Positions 50,127-62,161 of a stretch of 64,000 bases of DNA are shown here, piece after piece. The first letter of the stretch is position 1; the number at the start of each line of letters is the position of its first letter. The notes beneath the pieces are model-generated. The model was given only the letters and a program-made list of their open reading frames with translations, did no database searches and was not told where the DNA came from. Made by a program: the position numbers and the translations under genes. The stretch lies in contig OZ281494.1 of the NCBI GenBank assembly GCA_965637545.1, positions 16,058,001-16,122,000 on the forward strand. The letters run 5' to 3'. This DNA is from Phallusia mammillata (Eukaryota).

Positions 50127-51012
50127 CTTGATGTCTGATTAGAAACAACCCATAAACATTCCAGCTCAGTCGAATACAAGTACGCCTCTCTTATTTTTCA
50201 TCTCTATTGTGATGAAACTGGGTCTATTTTATTTGCGGTAACAATCAGACAAACAACCCCTATTTGGGCATCTGAACTTACTCACAAGGCTTCTTTACGT
50301 AATATGAATTTGAATAAAATTTGAATAACGGAAACTTTGATGAAGTCAATTAGAAGTGATAAAAGGACGGTGGAGTGAAAAAAAAAACGTTGCCAAATAA
50401 TTAATGTAAGGGTCACTGTGCTTTAGGAAATAAGATTGGAATGATAATAATTTTTCTATTAAATTAAAACATTTTTTTGGAACAATTGAAGCTTTTGTTT
50501 CCTAAATTGCAATATACATTATAATTAGGGCGATTATTTTTTGACCTAAAAAACGAAAAATTTGACCTACAAATTGAAAATTTTGACAAATTTTGACTTA
50601 TTTGTTAAATCAAACTTGTTGGCTAGCATTTTGCTTGGGCTGAAGTTTTTGATTTAGCGCGGACAGCGACATTTTTGTGAAAACCAAATTGAAAAAGAAT
50701 AATTACAAAGTTTAGGAATTACCATTGAGACTTTTTAACAAAAAAAAACCCACCAAACTGAGTTAGCTCAATTGTATACAATAACCTTTGAGTGCCTTGA
50801 GAGCATTACGCCCTACGTGCATGTGATTTCCGTCATTCAAATTTGTTTATGCGCGACGGAAATATTTCATGGGAAGTGTGAAAAGTTCAGGCAAAAAAAG
50901 GTAATCAATAATCGAATACATATAAGTTACTATAAGGTTGCGTGAAATGCATGGGCATTTGGGAAAAGTATAGCAAACAAAAACTTTTTTTATTGATCAA
51001 CCTGAACATATT

Positions 51013-52296
51013 ATGCTTCATCTTACATCTTCAACATGGATTATAGGTCAACTCGTGATTTCAGGTGAGTGTATATTGCAGTGTATATAAGACTCAGAAT
51101 TTGTTTCATTTTGACTGTTATAGGCATTATCAAAGGAGAAGTTCAATCCAATAGTTGCCCAGTACATTTGAATACAACACATGGATCCTTAATGTACACT
51201 GCAAACTCATCAGAAATATGCAGCTTCATATTCGGAAATAAAAATGTGCGAAGTGATGTTATCCTATCTCTTCAGATTCCCTCGTTCATAGGCAATGTTG
51301 ATAAATTCTACGTCCATTTGCCAGATGGTGGGTTGCATCAAGTTTGTTGATTTTTGCTTTGACGTTTCTTGCAAAAACGTTTTGCTAGCTCCAAGTTTTA
51401 AGTAATATTAGAGAAATCACTTTAAAAACTAGGTACCTGTTTTGCTACTCATTAATATTTTTTCCGTCGTTGTTTTTAGATCATGTTCTTAAAACCGTAT
51501 CAGGCAACACAACTCCTGCGGACTTTTGGTGTGGTCTTTACGTAAAAAGTCGAAACAGAAACGAAGTTACTTGTCAACCTGGAATAATGTACGATAACGG
51601 GATATGCGAAAACAAACCAATTACTTCAGAAAGTACAAACTGGCCGCCGCGGATGTACACGAGCTTTCCAAAAAGTGTCGTGGTGATAAGTTACGCGTTC
51701 CTGGAGTGCCCGACTCACAAATGTAATACTTTATATTAATTAAACAAAGTTTCAAACCAAAAAAAGAACCAGTGTGTCAATGTAAATGTATTGAATGCAT
51801 ATAACCATGAAGTAATATACTGTTTTAATTTTGCCTGTTTAACTATACAAAAACTATATGTCTTATATTTAACGCTAAGCTGTCCTTTATGATAAAAATA
51901 TTATAAACAAAAGTTTCTATTATATTTTAAATTTTTTTGCAAACATTTTTTTGCAGTAACTACAAAAATTGCAAGCGACTCAGCTGCAAATACAAACGCT
52001 TCCAGGGCCGTAGCAGTTGTATTTGGTATTTTCTTTTTGCTAGCCCTGATTGTTATTTTCGCCCTTGTCACTAAAGTCAGGTAAGCCTTTTTGACTCTTT
52101 TAAATTCATTAGTATTTGCCTTTTTTACACAATAATATGCAGAAAGGAAAAGAACTCGAACATTGAGGATCCAGTGTATGTGAACATGCGACCTATTCCC
52201 AACAATCATCAGTGTGAAACTTCAAACGCAACAGAACCATCAGCACACTCTCCATTATCTGTGCAACAACAAGATACCTCCTGTCAACTTACGTAA
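51013..52296 (+). CDS. C1: divergent CUB-like type I membrane receptor with EDPVYVNM tail; apparently intact
   Basis: MLHLTSSTWIIGQLVISGIIKG; SCPVHLNTTHGSLMY..ICSF..FWCGLYV..TCQP..ICEN..WPPRMY..ECP; TM AVAVVFGIFFLLALIVIFALV; tail TKVRKEKNSNIEDPVYVNMRPIP..CQLT*. The 3' end could extend if cttac|gtaag is a donor. Confidence 0.78.
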
Positions 52297-53399
52297 GATC
52301 AATCCGTTGCTTACAAATTCACGGAAAATTGCTGGTACGCATACCAATGTTGGGGAACCAATTAGCAACTGTAGAAGTGGTTACGAACGAAAGTAAAAAA
52401 TGATGCTTTTTATTTCCATGTCTTGTTGAACCCAGGCCTATTTGTTAAACCTTTATTAATAGTGTTAAAAGATGTACATTTTTTGTAGTAATTACTTGTT
52501 GGATTTGCAGGCTTTGACTTTGGTTCTGAAACGGCTCTTTAGGTACTAAAAGTTTACGTATTAAATGTGCTGTGACGTTTTCTCCGTGAAATCTTTTTCT
52601 GATACTAAACCTCCATGTTTATGTGGATCGAAATACAATACATGTTAAGCGTTAGACTACTTTTTCAAGCAGCACGAGGCTTTCTTTTTTGTGGAAGTAT
52701 ATGCTTACTTTTCGCTTGCAAAGCTCATAATCATTTAGCAAACCATGAAACTATTAGTTAACCTCTGCTGTTACTCTGTGCATACAAAGATTTAATGAGC
52801 TTGAGGTGAATAGAAAACACACATAACTGGATTTTCATGTTTATTATTGTATAGTTACTGCTTGAATTACCGCTTAGATTAATTTAGCAAGCACGTTTAG
52901 ATTAAAGCTTTAGCAGACTGACAACCACAAAAATAAAATCTATTAAACATTTTGAAACATTTAACCACATTGGTTGGTTATTAACAAGAAAAGGCATGCC
53001 CGAAATAAACAACCAATAAAAAACCTTATGAGGACATATATGAATCAAACAACTTATCAGGCGCTATTGTTTAGAAGGAATACTAGGTATCTACTTAAAA
53101 AGTATGGTTTCGTCAAAAACATGACTGTGGTATTAAAAACAGCGATATTCATTACATGCAAGCTATTTGATAACTGATGTTAAAAAGTTAAAAAAAATTA
53201 ACGTTGACAGGTAGCCTACATTTTTGTTGTTCGCTTGGTCTTAAAGTTGCAGTTGAAGCCGAAGCTTCAGTTGTTCAATACTAAAAGCCATAATAGCAGC
53301 CACATTTTAACAAAAAAGATTATGTCAAGGACCACAGGGGCAGCCATCTAAATATCGTCCTTATGTCTAAAACGTCTACCGATAGGCTATATGACCCGG

Positions 53400-54320
53400 A
53401 CTGAAGTTCAGTCCGTCACTGAACGTATTTTTTTAAAACAAATCCGAATCGTGATCCAAAGTCTGTGGAAACGCGGCAAAAATGATGCCGAGTGTAATTA
53501 TGGCAGGCCCGAATCAAGTCCGTTTTATTGAAACTCAAGTCCGAACCCGGTATGAATTCTAACCCGGCCCTAAAAAATGTTTTAAGGTTGCACGAGTACG
53601 ACGCACTACTGTTGGCCGTCAAAAGATTACTTTTATGTTAACAATTTTCGATTTTCGTGTTTCTTTTAAATTTCCTTAAATCTTAAATTTCTTTGGATAT
53701 TGATGTAAAGTCTTTTGCACTCGATAAAGCATTTGGCTAAAACTGCAAGTTCGCTATCAGGTAATGTTGTTTTATTGTTATGGCGTCATTTGACGATTCA
53801 GCCTGGCTGCAATGTTGTACAGCCAAGTGGCAGACAAAACAAGTTTTTAAAAAACATCCGCATGCAAAGTTGGATCTGGATAAACAAGGAAGTAAAAATA
53901 ATGTGTTGGTCCTTATCCACTGATAACATTTAAACACACTCGCCAATTGACAACCATCTGACTTTTTAACAGAGTTTTCTATATTTGGAATATATAGTGC
54001 TTTTGATTAATTAAATCCAGGTCTTATTATATGGACAAGAGCCTCAGGCTGTTAACATTCAGCAAGTTGTGTAAAATATGAATATGAAAAGCTTTATGCA
54101 TACGCCAACAAATACGATGTTGAAATAACACTAGAAACTAACAATAAATATTAAAAAGGAGAAAAAAGCTGTCTGGTGTTTTCTGCAATTTGAGATTTGG
54201 GGTTAATATGTTAAAATTATAGGCAGAATAGGAAGAAAACCAACGCGTTGATTAAGATTGTCACGATGAATTTCTGCTTCAGGAAGTACGCACAAGTTTC
54301 TACAAATGATGAAGTACTAA
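53400..54320 (+). repeat. About 0.8-0.9-kb non-coding segment present three times (also about 58965-59705 and about 63205-64000)
   Basis: Shared colinear blocks gaaactcaagtccgaac, ttatggcgtc, aagttggatctg, tatccactgataacatt, gcatacgccaac, aatatgttaaaattatagg. Confidence 0.9.
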
Positions 54321-54422
54321 TTGTTTTGGCCTGCTAGGCCTTGGTCAAGAAGAAACTTTAGTTGTTTAAAATATTCTTTTAGATAAGAGGTTGCTGTCAT
54401 TGGCTTATCGTATTATAATACG

Positions 54423-55936
54423 ATGTACAAGTGGATCGCAATGTTTCTGGTTGGTAAGGCAACTTATTTTATAACATAAGTGTAATTAAACGGAGCATAC
54501 TAATTTCATAGTTTCAGGTGTGACCCAACAAAGAGTTTTTGCCAGATGTCCAACTGGTATCAATCAATCTCACGGTGTCGTGTATTACACCAGCAGATAT
54601 ACGCTTAGTAAATACAGCAGATATATGCTTAATGAAAAATGTAATTGGATTTTCATGATGGGCGCCAACCTAAAAAGCGATGTTATGCTCTCTGTTCAGT
54701 TTCTCCATTTTTACACCTACATGCTGGGTTACGTCTCGTTACCAAATAGTAAGTAAAAATTCATAGGAAACTGAATGTTTCGTCTCAATGAAATTTAAAA
54801 ATATGTGTCATGTTTTTTACAATGGCCATTATGTTTCGTAGACCAAAGTATGAACACTAGCTACATATCTTCAAGTGACGACCCATGGTGTGGAGTTTAC
54901 GTGAAGCAAAATGACTTAAACGAAACAACCTGTCGAGCTGGAATTAAGTTAATAGGAAAATGTCAAAATCAACCCGAGACAGCAGTCAGTAGATATTGGC
55001 CTCCTCGCATGACAACAACAAGAGTGTGGAAAATCACTGTTTCTTATGGAGTTTTGGAATGTCCACAAGCTAGTAAAATTTATCCACCCATGACAACAGG
55101 TCGGCATAAAAAATGACTACACACTCCTCAGTTAGTTAGGTTGCTTTTATTTTGTATAGTTCACTATGACTGCTATTTTTGATATTGTTTCTCGTGAAAA
55201 AGCTTTTTACAGCAAAAAGGAAAAAAATCGACCTTAGATATATTTACAGAAGCTTCACTCACCACAAACCGGTTAGCATCTACATCAGGAACAAGCACCA
55301 GCATTGATCAATGCCAGGAGTCACACATGGCAACAATTGTGGCAATTACACTTGGTGTTTTCCTGGTTATGGCACTAATTGTCATTTATGTTCTTTTTCG
55401 CAAAACCAGGTATGTATAATTGTGGTGGTAAAGAGTAAACGTAACAATTGGCGTCTTTCTATTTAGCGGCCAAAAGATTCGCATAACCCCTATATACTTT
55501 ATTAAACCAAATATACTAAACAAAAAGTACCCGGAGAGCAAGCAAATTAGATGCATGAAAAGTAACAATTTAGACAGGTTTTACTACTGAAAGTAACCTC
55601 GCATAATATTGCTTTTTGATACATAGCCACTAAAACGCTGCCGACAGTCACGTACACGTTCGTCACAGTTATGCCAAAAAACGGTCGTTTTGACGAACAC
55701 TAGCTGTTCTCACTTGTTATGGACTCAGGCTTAAAGCTTGTTTATTCTAGTTTTGTGGTGACCAATCGCATATTAAGTTATATAACACGATTTCCCCATG
55801 TAAACGTTTTCATAGGACAAGAAAACCAAACATCGATACAATATATGCTGAGGTTGCAGCCGTCGCAAACAGGCCACAGAGTAATGAAGTGATTAACAAC
55901 GAGATTTATGTTTCCGCCGAAGCGGTTGGGCTATAG
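54423..55936 (+). CDS. D: most divergent CUB-like type I membrane receptor, with ITSM (TIYAEV) tail; apparently intact
   Basis: MYKWIAMFLVGVTQQRVFA; RCPTGINQSHG..KCNWIF..PWCGVYV..TCRA..KCQN..YWPPRM..ECP; TM IVAITLGVFLVMALIVIYVLF; last exon 55816-55936 RTRKPNIDTIYAEVAAVANRPQSNEVINNEIYVSAEAVGL*. Same 5-exon phase pattern as B and C. Confidence 0.78.
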
Positions 55937-58900
55937 ATAACTTCTTGCACAATTGTGAAGTGCAAATTGATTGATAAATTAACTACTTCAAATTATAATG
56001 CAATGTATTCTATACAGGTAAGTATGGCAGACCTGGGTTAAAATGAATGTTTACTGTTTATGCTTTATTATGAAACGTTTTGAAACTGAGTTTGTATGTT
56101 GCATTCATTTAATAATGTGTCATAAAGTCACTTTCTTTTGTTTTGTTATGATGCTCTGAAATATTAGTACTTCGAAAAAGCGATTCTTAACATAAGTAGC
56201 TTTACCATCTGAATCCTTGTTTGTAATTTGACTTGATGCGCTTAGTTGCTAACAAGGAAGTAAACTTTGATTGACAACTGAATAGCAAATTTTCAAAAGT
56301 TCTTTTTTCGGTTCATATCGCTCTGCAGCATTTATTAATTGATGTCATCGTTTGTCAACTTGGAACACAACGAGAACATCTTTTTTGTAACACACAAGTC
56401 ATAGAAACACAAGTCACAACAAATGTTTTTAAAAGCACTTACTTATTATAAATGTAGTTTATAAGCAAGTTTTGGTAATGTGCCGATTTAACAGATTATA
56501 AGTTACATACCAGTTTTTGTTGTATTTCTGTTGTCAAGTTTGTGTTTACCGATTAGTCTTTTTCGGTTCTTCGTATTTTTTACGATTTTACATGTCGTGC
56601 ATTGGTTTGTTTGATCCGTTTGCAAACACTACATAAAATAGTTTCAGTTTTGGGATTAGTTTAGCGAACATTCTCCACTTTTCAAAGTGGATAAATTAGT
56701 GTTACTCAGATCTGTTATCTTTGCAATCAATTGGTTGCAAATTGTGTTTTAAATTTCAATACGATAACAAAATTTTTGGAAACTAGGATTAGTATTTTTT
56801 TTGAAGTATAGTATTGTTTCTGTGACGTGCATGCCATTGTATGCGCCATGCGTAGTTTTTTCTCGTGTAAAAAATTGTTCTGCAACAATTCAAGTCGTAT
56901 CTTGAAGCTGGTTGATTCCGAGCATATATGTCTTTTTAACGAATGTCGCATAGGTCTCTCATTTACCTTGCTTTTTTGTCCTAGTGATTTTGAATGTCAA
57001 TTTCAAACGAAACAGGTAAAAAAAGATCCTTTGACTAAAGTTGTATTAACTTTAATGCTAGAGCTATAGAGGAACTATGATTTTTTATTACAGATTCGTG
57101 TTGTTGTATAATTTTAAAGAGCATAAAACTGAACTGTCCAGCATGCTTTTTACAATTTTGGCTTTTAGCCTTATTTTTTAATTTGTAGTTTTATCGAGTA
57201 TGAAAGTCTTTTACATCATTAAACCTACATGGTGTCTGTATTAAAAATGGGGAATATTTTATTATTTTCTTCTCTGATCTATCTGATTAAACTATTCTTT
57301 GTGAAAAAAACTTTTACAGTAAAGTAGCAGTGGCTTACAACCTGGAGTAAATACACTTATAAAAGGTAAACTGGAAATGCATCTTTCTTGCATTTTGTTA
57401 TTGGGACCAAATGTTTTAAGAACAATAGATCTTTAACGTTTTTACCCCCAGCATCATAACAAACATGCTATTTGTTTGCAAACAAGTTTGGATGGTGACG
57501 ATTTTGTCGTGTAGATTTTTATTGTTTAATTGTGTGATATCACTATCGGTCAATGAAACAAACCGATTTTTTTTCGAAAAACTTTTGATTGTTCATCTCA
57601 ATGTTCAAACTTTTTTACAAACTGTTGGTAAATCTGTTTTACAATCTTTGTATAAATTCTGCTTACTGAAGATGATGAAAAATTCCATGTAAAAGCAAGT
57701 TGGCATATCTTGTATTAACCTATTACGCATTTACAGGCAAAAAGTGAAAATTTTGGGTTTCTTTGATAAGCATTTTTAGTTTTCTTTGATTCATTCTTAT
57801 TTTGGTTATTTCTTAAACTACATATTATAGCAGTATATGTGTATATATAATCAATCAAACATTCAGCGTTTTTTCAGTCATTCGTCCATGAAAATGACCA
57901 CCATTCATTTGCCAGATGTTATAGGCATCATCCCACAGTGTTTGTCAAAGTCTCTTGTCCAAGGTTCTAACATCGCTTGGGTCAAACCTGCGTACGCGAA
58001 AAGTAAATGTCATTGAAATTTTAATTCCAAAGCAATCTTTTGTGAGTTTACCCTTGTAGCGATCGTCAAGACAGCAACAGAAATGACAAGAGTAATAATC
58101 ACATGAACAAGCATATTGGGCTGGATTTTGACATGAGATTCCGGTGAGATCGAGACACGGAGGAACTTCAAGTAGAGGCTGATACAAAGAATCCGCACTT
58201 TCTCTTTTTCAGGAAATGTATTAACTATTTTATGTGCCATTCGTTACTTACGTCCATCTGATGTACGAGGCTTGCCACTTTGGCAAAAACACCGAACGCC
58301 ACTTCGCATATCCTCTCAACCATTTAGTCGAAATCTGACTTCTGGTGTTATTAACGACGAATTCTGTGATTAAGCATAGGGCAAGTAGAAATGCTCGACC
58401 ACACAAAAACAATCAGCAAGCAAAAAATATTCAAGCAATTTTAACAATTTGGTACTGTTGGTTTTTTGACATTGTCCACTTTAAATCAATTGGCAAAACT
58501 TGTTTTATACGCTACATGCTTAAAAATGATTGTTTGCTCCGTTTCATTCCAATGTTTTTATGTTTGATAAATTAAACTTATTGTGTTATAAAGTGTAGCG
58601 ATCGACCAAAGTTCCATTGATATTACGGGAAGTCAATAACTTAGATAGCATTTTGTTGTCCATTGTCTTTGTGTCCAATAAAGTTGAAAAAAAGAAAGGA
58701 CAAACAACTTTTCTTGGCCTCATCCGACCGGTGAGCGATAGTTTGCTTACGTCCGGCAAATATTTACAAGTAAAAAGAATGCCTTTTTGGTAAATTAAGT
58801 AAAATAGGTGATACTTACTTGGACAAGAAGAAATCTCCAACAAAGCGACAGAATCCAAAGTCACTTGCTTAGCTTGTTGTACGTAGCGGAAGAGTTCGGG

Positions 58901-60989
58901 GTGAAAGTAGCTCAGATAATAAATAGGACGTTCCAGGTAAAGTTAGGCACGAATCACGTTCGTTATATTGAAACTCAAGTCCGAACCCGGTAGGAATTTA
59001 AACCCGCCCCACAAGTACGAGGCACTACTGTTGGCCGTCAAACGCTCGTTTTTGAGAACACTTTTTATGTTAACAATTTTCGATTATCGTGTTTCTTTTA
59101 AATCTTAATTTTTTCTGAGATATTGATTCAAAATCTTTTGCACTCGATAAAGCATTTAGGTAAAACTGCAAATTCGCTCTCAGGTAATGTTGTTCTTTTT
59201 GTTATGGCGTCGTTTGCCTACCCAGCCTTTCTGCAATGTTGTACAGCTAAGTGTCAGACAAAACATTTTTTTAAATAAACATGCGCATGCAAAGTTGGAT
59301 CTGCATAAACAAGGAAGTAAAAATAATGTGTTGGTCCTTATCCACTGATAACATTTAAACACACTCGCCAATTGACAACCATCTGACTTTTTAACAGAGT
59401 TCTCGATATTTGCGATATATAGTGCTTTTGATTAAAGCCAGGTCTTATTATATGAACAAGAACCTCTGGCGCTGTTAACATTCAGCAAGTTGTTTGAAAT
59501 ATGAACATAAAAAGATTTAGGCATACGCCAACCAATACGGTGTTGAAATAACACTTTCATTAAAGAAAAACTAACAATAAATTTTAAAAAAGAAAAAAAC
59601 TAAACAGTCAGGTGTTTTCTGCAAATTGAGATTTAGTGTTAATATGTTAAAATTATAGGAAGAATAGGAAGAAAACCAATGCGTTGATTAAAATTGTCAC
59701 GAGGAATTTTCTTTAATTTTTGTAACTCAAAATTGTAAAATGAACAAACTGTTAGCAAATCATTGATTGTTTTTATTGTATCATAGGAATTGGTTTCATT
59801 TGCGGGTAGCGATTCGAACTTACCCTCGAAAATTCAATTTCGGCCCAAAAAGAGGCGTTTGATACACTATTACTTAATTGTTTGTCGCATTCCCATAACT
59901 TGCAGCTTTCGACGTATCAAATACCATGTGGACATTGTTGGACTGATGTAAATATAAATTTCAGTGCATTTGAAAACGATCTCCGATGTATAAAGGATCT
60001 CCAAAACACACTCAGAGTTGCCACCAACTAAAGCAATAGCATGTAAAATAGCATTTGGACGAAATTGGTTACAATATAAAGTGTATTAGGTAAGCGACAG
60101 GCCGTGCACACTGTTTCGATCCATAAGTTCTCATCCCTGCTGCCGGTGACAATACGTTGGTCGTTTGGACAAGTGTAATCGAGGCGTTGGATAACAAAAA
60201 AGCAACCGGGAGGATATTCAGTTGAAACACACAGTTCAGTGACAAGGGATATTGGACATATCTTAAATACAAGCAAATTAGGTGTAACGTTTACTTAACA
60301 ACGACTACTTCCAACATGGAACTTCATTCGACGTACATTCACCTTAAACATCATATTTTTGATTAGGGAGGGAAATTTAAAATTAACAAGCTGTTGAATA
60401 AAAAAGTTTCTGAAACAGTGTCTGGAGTCCTTGCTATACATATTTTCACTCATTGAGCTTAAACTAATTCTGCACGCTGTTTGTTGGAAATAGGATCACC
60501 CGTAAACCTCAATAATCAACTCGTATTTGTTAAATCAGGCTTGTTGGCTTGCATTTTGCTTGTGCTGAAAGTTTTTGAATTTACCGTGAACAGCGACGTT
60601 TTGTCAAAAACATATTGAAAAAGAATAATTACAGAGTTTAGGAATTACCATCTAGACTTTTAAACCTTTGAAACACACAAAACCGCGTTAGCTTATTGGT
60701 TTACAATACCCCTTGTGTGACTTGAGAGCTTTTCGCCTACGCGCATGTGATTTCCGTCATTCAAATTTGTACACAATATAAGCGACGGCAATATCTCATG
60801 GGAAGTTTAAAAGTTCAGGCAAAAAACGTAATTAAAAATTGAATACAAATAAGTTAATGTAAGATTGCGTTAATTGCATGGGCATTTGGGGAAAATATAG
60901 CAAACCAAAACTAGGAATTGATTTGTTGACCTCATTTGCTAATTGTTTGTGTTTTTTAGTATGCTTTTTAATATCAACCTAAACATATT

Positions 60990-62161
60990 ATGCTTTATCT
61001 TAAATCTTTAGCATGGATTATAGGTCAACTTTTGATTACAGGTAAGTGTATAGCTGTGTATAAGACTCTGAATTTGTTACATTTTGGCTGTTTTAAATCA
61101 TAGGTCTTTTAAAATGAGCCGTTCGAGCTGAAAGTTGCCCAGTACATTTGAATACAACACATGGATCCTTAATGTACACTGCAAACTCATCACAAATATG
61201 CATCTTCATATTCGGAAATAAAAATATGCGAAGTGATGTTATCCTATCTCTTCAGATTCCCTCGTTCATAGGCGATGTTGATAACTTCTACGCCCATTAG
61301 CCAGACGGTGGGTTTGTCAGTCTTTTTTTGTATTTTCTTGCAGAAACATTTTGCTAGCTCCAAGTTTTTAATAATATTAGAGAAATCACTTTATAATGTG
61401 GTTTGCTTTTTTTGCTACTCTTAAGTATTTTTTCCATCGTTGTATTCAGATCATGTTCTTAAAACCGCACCATGCCTGCAGGCAACACAACTCCTGCGGA
61501 CTTTTGATGTGGTCTTTACGTAAAAAGTCGAAACAGAAACGAAGTTACTTGTCAACCTGGAATAATGTATGATAACGGGATATGCGAAAACAAACCAAGT
61601 ACTTCAGAAAGTTCAAACTGGCCGCCGCGGATGTACACGAGCTTTCCAAAAAGTGTCGTGGTGATAAGTTACGCGTTCCTGGAGTGCCCGACCCACAAAT
61701 GTAATACTTTATATTTGTTAAACAAAGTTTCAAGCTGTCCTCTATGATAAAAATATTATGAACAAAAGTTTCTATTAGTTTCTGTTATTAGTTTTACTTT
61801 TTTGCAAACATTTTTTTGCAGTAACTACAAAAATTGCAAGCGAATCAGCTGCAAATACAAACGCTTCCACGGCTGTAGCAGTTGTATTTGGTATTTTCTT
61901 TTTGTTAGCTCTGATTGTTATTTTCGCCCTTGTCACTAAAGTCAGGTAAGCCGTTTTGGCTCTTTTAAATTCATTAGTACTTGCCTGTTTTACACAATAA
62001 TATGCAGAAAAGAAAAGAACTCGAACATTGAGGATCCAGTGTACGTGAACATGCGACCTATTCCCAACAATCATCAGTGTGAAACTTTAAACGCAGCAGA
62101 ACCATCAGCACACTCTCCATTATCTGTGCAACAACAAGATACCTCCTGTCAACTTACGTAA
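60990..62161 (+). pseudogene. C2: duplicate of C1 with at least three in-frame stops
   Basis: Colinear with C1; AAA GGA>AAA TGA, CAT TTG>CAT TAG and TGG>TGA in the WCG motif; TM and EDPVYVNM tail exons are still open. Confidence 0.85.

Noticed and set aside
57945-58187. Cys-rich ORF (CSCDYYSCHFCCC) as a toxin or defensin
   Set aside because: It is the shifted frame of a Val/Ile/Leu-rich hydrophobic segment, and splice phases favour the hydrophobic frame.
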